This document shows positions 57,175 to 61,563 of a DNA stretch of 61,563 nucleotides, piece by piece. Position numbers and translations under genes: made by a program. A model generated the notes under the pieces. It made no database searches. It was given only the letters and a program-made list of their open reading frames with translations, and was not told the DNA's origin. Source of the stretch: an uncultured Candidatus Saccharibacteria bacterium (GTDB lineage: Bacteria > Patescibacteriota > UBA1384 > XYA2-FULL-43-10 > 1-14-0-10-43-13); the NCBI GenBank assembly GCA_964364265.1, contig CAYILA010000006.1, positions 1 through 61,563 of the forward strand. Reading direction: 5' to 3'. How positions within the stretch are numbered: position 1 is the stretch's first letter; each line of letters starts with the position of its first letter.

Positions 57175-60100
57175 ATGGCAAATATAGAGGTCAAAGACCA
57201 GATCAATGTAACGGACTTTGAAGCGATCAAAATTTCGGTCGCTTCGCCGGAACATATATTGGAGTGGTCGCACGGCGAGGTTTTAAAACCCGAAACCATC
57301 AATTACCGCACCCAGAAACCGGAACGCGACGGTCTTTTCGATGAAAAGATTTTCGGTCCGACCAAGGACTGGGAGTGTTACTGCGGAAAATATCGAAAGA
57401 TCCGATACAAGGGTGTTGTCTGCGACAAATGCGGCGTCGAAGTGACCCGCTCCCAGGTCCGGCGCGTCCGAATGGGGCACATCGATCTTGCGGTTCCGGT
57501 AGCCCACATCTGGTATGTCAAGGGCGCCTCCAACACCGTTTCAACAGTCTTAAATATGACCTTTTCCGACCTCGAAAAGGTTACCTATTTTGCCAGTTTC
57601 GTGATCTTATCGGTCAATGAAGATCTTCGCGCTTCGAGTCTTGTAAGTCTGGAAGAGGAATATAAAGAATATCTGGAAGAGTTAAAATCAAATAAAACCG
57701 AGGGAAATTCCGAAGAGATGAAAATCGAAGTGGAGCAGGCCTACAAACAGGCCAAAATCGAGCTAAATTCGCTCTATGTCGGACGGATCATTTCCGAACT
57801 TGAATACCACGAATTAAATATGAAATACGGCCAGATTATCCGAGTCGGAATCGGCGCCGAAGCTATTTTGGAGTTATTGAAAGAGACCGATATCGATAAA
57901 GAGATTGCCGATACAGAGGAACAGGTTGCAAAACAACAGGGACTGGGTCGGGTAAAAATTCTAAAGCGGCTTCGGGTATTAAAAAATTTAAAAAGCGCCC
58001 GAATCTCGCCTTCTTGGCTGATTTTAACCCGCCTGCCGGTTATTCCGCCTGATCTTCGACCGATGGTCCAGTTGGACGGCGGCCGTTTTGCCGCCTCCGA
58101 CCTTAACGACCTTTACCGAAGAGTCATCAACCGAAACAATCGATTAAAAAGATTAATTTCGCAGGGCGCTCCGGAAGTAATTTGTAGGAACGAAAAAAGA
58201 ATGTTGCAGGAAGCAGTTGACGCTCTTATCGACAACTCGGCCAGAAAAGGCAAGGTCGCCTCATCGGCCGCCGGAAAAAGAAAACTGCGGTCGCTTTCCG
58301 ATATGCTTCGGGGCAAGCAAGGCCGTTTTCGACAGAATTTGCTTGGTAAACGAGTCGACTACTCCGGCCGATCGGTTATTGTCGTCGGCCCGAATTTGAA
58401 ATTAAACCAGTGCGGTCTGCCAAAGATTATGGCGCTGGAATTATTTAAACCGTTTATTATCGGCCGTTTGATTTCTGACGGCTATGTTCACAATGTTAAA
58501 AACGCCACTCGTTTGATTGAACGGGGCGAACCCTTTGTCTGGGACATCCTGGAGGAGATCACCAAGAATAAATTGGTGATGCTAAACCGCGCTCCGACCT
58601 TGCACCGCTTGGGCATCCAGGCCTTCCAGCCGGTTCTGATCGAGGGTAAAGCGATCCAGATCCACCCGCTTGTTTGTTCCGCTTTCAACGCCGACTTCGA
58701 CGGAGATCAGATGGCGGTCCACCTTCCGCTTTCAGACAAGGCGCAGGCGGAAGCGGCCAATATTATGCTCTCATCAAAAAACCTCTTGAAGCCCGCCTCC
58801 GGCGACCCTGTTGTTACCCCTTCGCAGGATATTATCTTAGGTGTTTACTATATTACGACTCAATACGACGGCGCCAAGGGAGAGGGTATGAATTTTTCAA
58901 GCGAGGATGAGGCTGTTTCGGCTTATGACAGCGGCGCTCTGGCTTTAGGAGCCCGGATCAAAGTCAGAATCAAAGGCGAAACAGTTGAAACCACCGTTGG
59001 AAGAATTATTTTTAACGATATCATTCCTGAAGAGATGAGATTTACCAACGAAGTTTTCGCCAAAAAGCAGATTTCAAAATTGGTTGATCAGATTTATCGA
59101 AAATACGGAACCGAGAGAACGGCTCGGTTTGTGGACGATCTGAAAGATCTAGGATTTAAATATTCCCAGAAATCCGGTCTGACCTTTTCGATTGACGATA
59201 TCAAAATACCGGCTACTAAAGAAACGATTTTGAAGAAGTCGGAGGAACAGGTTACGATTGTGAACCAACAGTATGATCAAGGTTTTATCTCTGACGAGGA
59301 ACGGCATCTAAAGACGGTTGAAATTTGGATGGATGCCCAGAGCCAGATTGAAAAAGATATGCTGGCCAACTACGCCAAGGTCAACGACCTCTTCGTGGTT
59401 ATGACCTCCGGAGCCCGCGGTAATGTCGGCCAGATGGTTCAGGTTTCGGGCATGAAAGGTTTGGTTGCCGATACGACCGGCGATATTATCGAAATCCCTA
59501 TCAAATCAAACTTCAAAGAAGGACTTTCAGTATTTGAATACTTCGTGTCGACTCACGGTTCCAGAAAGGGACGCGCCGATACCGCTCTTCGAACTTCCGA
59601 GGCAGGTTATCTTACCCGCCGATTGGTTGATGTGGCGCAGGATACGGTCATTACCGAGCCGGATTGCGGAACCAAAGCAACCAGAACAATTTCTCGAAAA
59701 TTCTATGAAGATTTAGGCGAGACCTGGGATAAATACATTCATGGCCGGGTTTTGGGCAAGAATGTCTTGAACATCAAGACCGGCACCATTTTGGAGTATC
59801 CTGAAATTGAAAAATTAAATGACGCCAATATTGATGAAATTGAGATTTACTCGCTTTTGACCTGCAAAACCAGGCGCGGCGCCTGCCAGAAATGTTACGG
59901 CATCGATTTGGCAACCGGCAAATTGGTTGAGATTGGGGCGACAGTTGGAATTGTGGCGGCGCAGGCGATTGGTGAACCGGGAACTCAGCTGACGATGAGA
60001 ACATTCCACACCGGCGGCGCGGCCGGCGAGGACATTACCTCCGGTCTGCCCCGTGTAGAGGAGATATTTGAAGCCAGAATGCCAAAATCGCCGGCAATTC

Positions 60101-60924
60101 TTTCCGAAGTGCAGGGCAAGGTTTCGATTCGCGAAGGGGAGAACCAGAACACGATTGTTGTTGCCGGTAAGGGGGAAAGGTCGACCGCTCTTGAGCTTCC
60201 AGGCGGTCATTCCTGGGTGGTTTTGAACAATTCAGAGATTAAAGCAAAACAGATCGTAGCCGAAGGAAAAGACAAGGCGCCGGTACGATCCGGAATTTCC
60301 GGAACAATTAAAATTAAAGGCGGTAAGGCGATAGTTTCCGGAGTCGGCAATGTTTCGGTTGATTACACCGTACCGCGCGTTATGCAACTACGGGTTAAGT
60401 CCGGAGACGAGGTTGTCCGCGGCGACGCATTGACTGAAGGCCACTTTGATCTTTCAGCCAGCTTGAAATTGGCCGGAAAGAACAAGACAGAATCCTATAT
60501 CATCAAACAGGTCCAAACAATTTACGAATCGCAGGGTCAGGATATTAACGACAAACATGTCGAGGTCATCGTTAAAATGATGATGAGTAAAGTTCGAATT
60601 ATGGCCTCCGGTGATTCCGAACTTTTGGCCGGGCAGGTGGTTGACCGTTCGGAAGTTGAAATTCTAAATGAAGGCCTAAAGACCGAAGGCAAAAAAACAA
60701 TTGAGATTGAGGATATTGTCATGGGTATCACCCGAGTTGCCCTAAAGACGAATAGCTGGCTATCGGCCGCTTCCTTCCAGGAAACCACCTCGGTTTTGAT
60801 TGAAGCCGCCACCGCCGGCAAGATGGATCATCTTCGGGGTTTGAAGGAAAATGTCATTATCGGCAAACTAATTCCAGCCGGCACCGGTTTGAAAGGAAGT
60901 GAAATCTCAAAAATCGCCGGCTAA
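57175..60924 (+). CDS. rpoC: DNA-directed RNA polymerase subunit beta'
   Basis: ORF track. Zinc motif [32 protein letters not shown] active site, [16 protein letters not shown]. Confidence 0.97.
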   Translation: MANIEVKDQINVTDFEAIKISVASPEHILEWSHGEVLKPETINYRTQKPERDGLFDEKIFGPTKDWECYCGKYRKIRYKGVVCDKCGVEVTRSQVRRVRMGHIDLAVPVAHIWYVKGASNTVSTVLNMTFSDLEKVTYFASFVILSVNEDLRASSLVSLEEEYKEYLEELKSNKTEGNSEEMKIEVEQAYKQAKIELNSLYVGRIISELEYHELNMKYGQIIRVGIGAEAILELLKETDIDKEIADTEEQVAKQQGLGRVKILKRLRVLKNLKSARISPSWLILTRLPVIPPDLRPMVQLDGGRFAASDLNDLYRRVINRNNRLKRLISQGAPEVICRNEKRMLQEAVDALIDNSARKGKVASSAAGKRKLRSLSDMLRGKQGRFRQNLLGKRVDYSGRSVIVVGPNLKLNQCGLPKIMALELFKPFIIGRLISDGYVHNVKNATRLIERGEPFVWDILEEITKNKLVMLNRAPTLHRLGIQAFQPVLIEGKAIQIHPLVCSAFNADFDGDQMAVHLPLSDKAQAEAANIMLSSKNLLKPASGDPVVTPSQDIILGVYYITTQYDGAKGEGMNFSSEDEAVSAYDSGALALGARIKVRIKGETVETTVGRIIFNDIIPEEMRFTNEVFAKKQISKLVDQIYRKYGTERTARFVDDLKDLGFKYSQKSGLTFSIDDIKIPATKETILKKSEEQVTIVNQQYDQGFISDEERHLKTVEIWMDAQSQIEKDMLANYAKVNDLFVVMTSGARGNVGQMVQVSGMKGLVADTTGDIIEIPIKSNFKEGLSVFEYFVSTHGSRKGRADTALRTSEAGYLTRRLVDVAQDTVITEPDCGTKATRTISRKFYEDLGETWDKYIHGRVLGKNVLNIKTGTILEYPEIEKLNDANIDEIEIYSLLTCKTRRGACQKCYGIDLATGKLVEIGATVGIVAAQAIGEPGTQLTMRTFHTGGAAGEDITSGLPRVEEIFEARMPKSPAILSEVQGKVSIREGENQNTIVVAGKGERSTALELPGGHSWVVLNNSEIKAKQIVAEGKDKAPVRSGISGTIKIKGGKAIVSGVGNVSVDYTVPRVMQLRVKSGDEVVRGDALTEGHFDLSASLKLAGKNKTESYIIKQVQTIYESQGQDINDKHVEVIVKMMMSKVRIMASGDSELLAGQVVDRSEVEILNEGLKTEGKKTIEIEDIVMGITRVALKTNSWLSAASFQETTSVLIEAATAGKMDHLRGLKENVIIGKLIPAGTGLKGSEISKIAG

Positions 60925-61042
60925 ATTCAATTGCTCAATTGCTTTCGCCAGTACATAAATAATTATGACTGGCGAATGGCTCGATTGTTAAACGGTTGCG
61001 CAACAATTGAACAATAGAGCAATCGAACAATTGTCGCTCCCT

Positions 61043-61071
61043 TTGACACACGACTAGAAATATGTTAGACT
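61043..61071 (+). promoter_or_regulatory. sigma70-type promoter upstream of rpsL
   Basis: TTGACA(61043-61048)-N17-TAGACT(61066-61071). Confidence 0.5.
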
Positions 61072-61104
61072 TTACCTTGTTAATTAAATATAACTCAAGA
61101 AAAC

Positions 61105-61518
61105 ATGCCGACAATAAATCAGTTGATTCGAAAACCTAGACAGAAGACGATCAAAAAGTCAAAAACAACCGCCATCAAGACGACATTTAATTATCTTAAG
61201 AACAGGCCGGTTTCCTTGGACTGCCCGCAAAAGCGGGGCGTTTGTGTTAAGGTCGGCACCATGACCCCGAAGAAACCGAACTCGGCCCTTCGAAAATTCG
61301 CCAGAGTCCGCTTGACTAACGGTATGGAAGTTAACGCCTATATCGGCGGTGAAGGCCACACCTTGCAGGAACACTCGGTCGTCTTGGTCCGCGGCGGACG
61401 GGTTAAGGACCTTCCGGGTATGCGGTACCATATCATTCGAGGCAAACTTGATTTGTCGGGTGTAAAGGACCGTAAAAAGGGCCGCAGTAAGTACGGCACC
61501 AAGAAACCAAAGGAATAA
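61105..61518 (+). CDS. rpsL: 30S ribosomal protein S12
   Basis: ORF track: [33 protein letters not shown]. Confidence 0.97.
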   Translation: MPTINQLIRKPRQKTIKKSKTTAIKTTFNYLKNRPVSLDCPQKRGVCVKVGTMTPKKPNSALRKFARVRLTNGMEVNAYIGGEGHTLQEHSVVLVRGGRVKDLPGMRYHIIRGKLDLSGVKDRKKGRSKYGTKKPKE

Positions 61519-61523
61519 CCAAA

Positions 61524-61563
61524 CCAAATACGGATAACAAATAGTTGGGATAACTAATCACAG
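61524..61563. repeat. left arm of a family C palindromic element, truncated by the window end
   Basis: ccaaatacggataacaaatagttgggataactaatcacag parallels 22054-22085 (acggataactaatcataaggataactaataacg). Confidence 0.6.

Noticed and set aside
53634-60924. Inteins or introns could sit in rpoB, rpoC, gyrA, uvrA or priA, given the insertions seen elsewhere.
   Set aside because: The conserved motifs are contiguous and protein lengths are ordinary. The extra segments are short, acidic, low-complexity stretches without intein splice-junction or endonuclease motifs.

Overview
This is 61.6 kb of bacterial chromosome, mostly housekeeping genes on both strands. In order: uvrA, RNase P RNA, infC-rpmI-rplT, lspA-lgt, lepB, der, priA, galE, a def-fmt fusion, rpsP-KH-trmD and uvrB. 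Then a cell-surface polysaccharide cluster (sugar phosphotransferase, GT4, DUF4012-like), gyrB-gyrA, infB and a copper island (csoR, HMA/TauE-like/cupredoxin-like protein, copZ, copA, DsbA-like). Then cdaA-cdaR, a LysM-M23 peptidase, obg, rpoB-rpoC and rpsL. Gene content and oddities fit a small-genome Patescibacteria/CPR-like organism, but that is inference only. Three things stand out. (1) Families of palindromic repeat elements built from short words (about 90-140 nt) fill the intergenic spacers and also sit inside functional genes. Three ~138-nt copies double the RNase P RNA to 805 nt. One copy is inserted in frame in uvrB, and a related heptamer repeat is in frame in trmD. A 16-bp palindrome encoding PPAGG recurs in acidic insertions or tails of bactofilin, GyrB, GyrA and RpoB. 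(2) Four GC-rich cassettes without any mobility gene interrupt the AT-leaning backbone; several carry their own promoter, SD or terminator. They are a radical SAM/SPASM enzyme with a hidden, translationally coupled 36-aa peptide beside a C39-like peptidase (RiPP-like; the enzyme's ATG is separated from its ORF by a 1-nt shift in an A5 run), a GNAT-GNAT-ASCH fusion beside a stand-alone ASCH gene, an orphan 292-aa protein, and a convergent pair of orphan small proteins. (3) Several small ORFs fall below the 60-aa cutoff of the ORF track: the peptide above, a zinc-ribbon protein, and a Met-rich membrane peptide in the copper island. I recognised no tRNA, rRNA, CRISPR array, transposase or integrase. 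All family assignments come from motif recognition by eye, with no database search.
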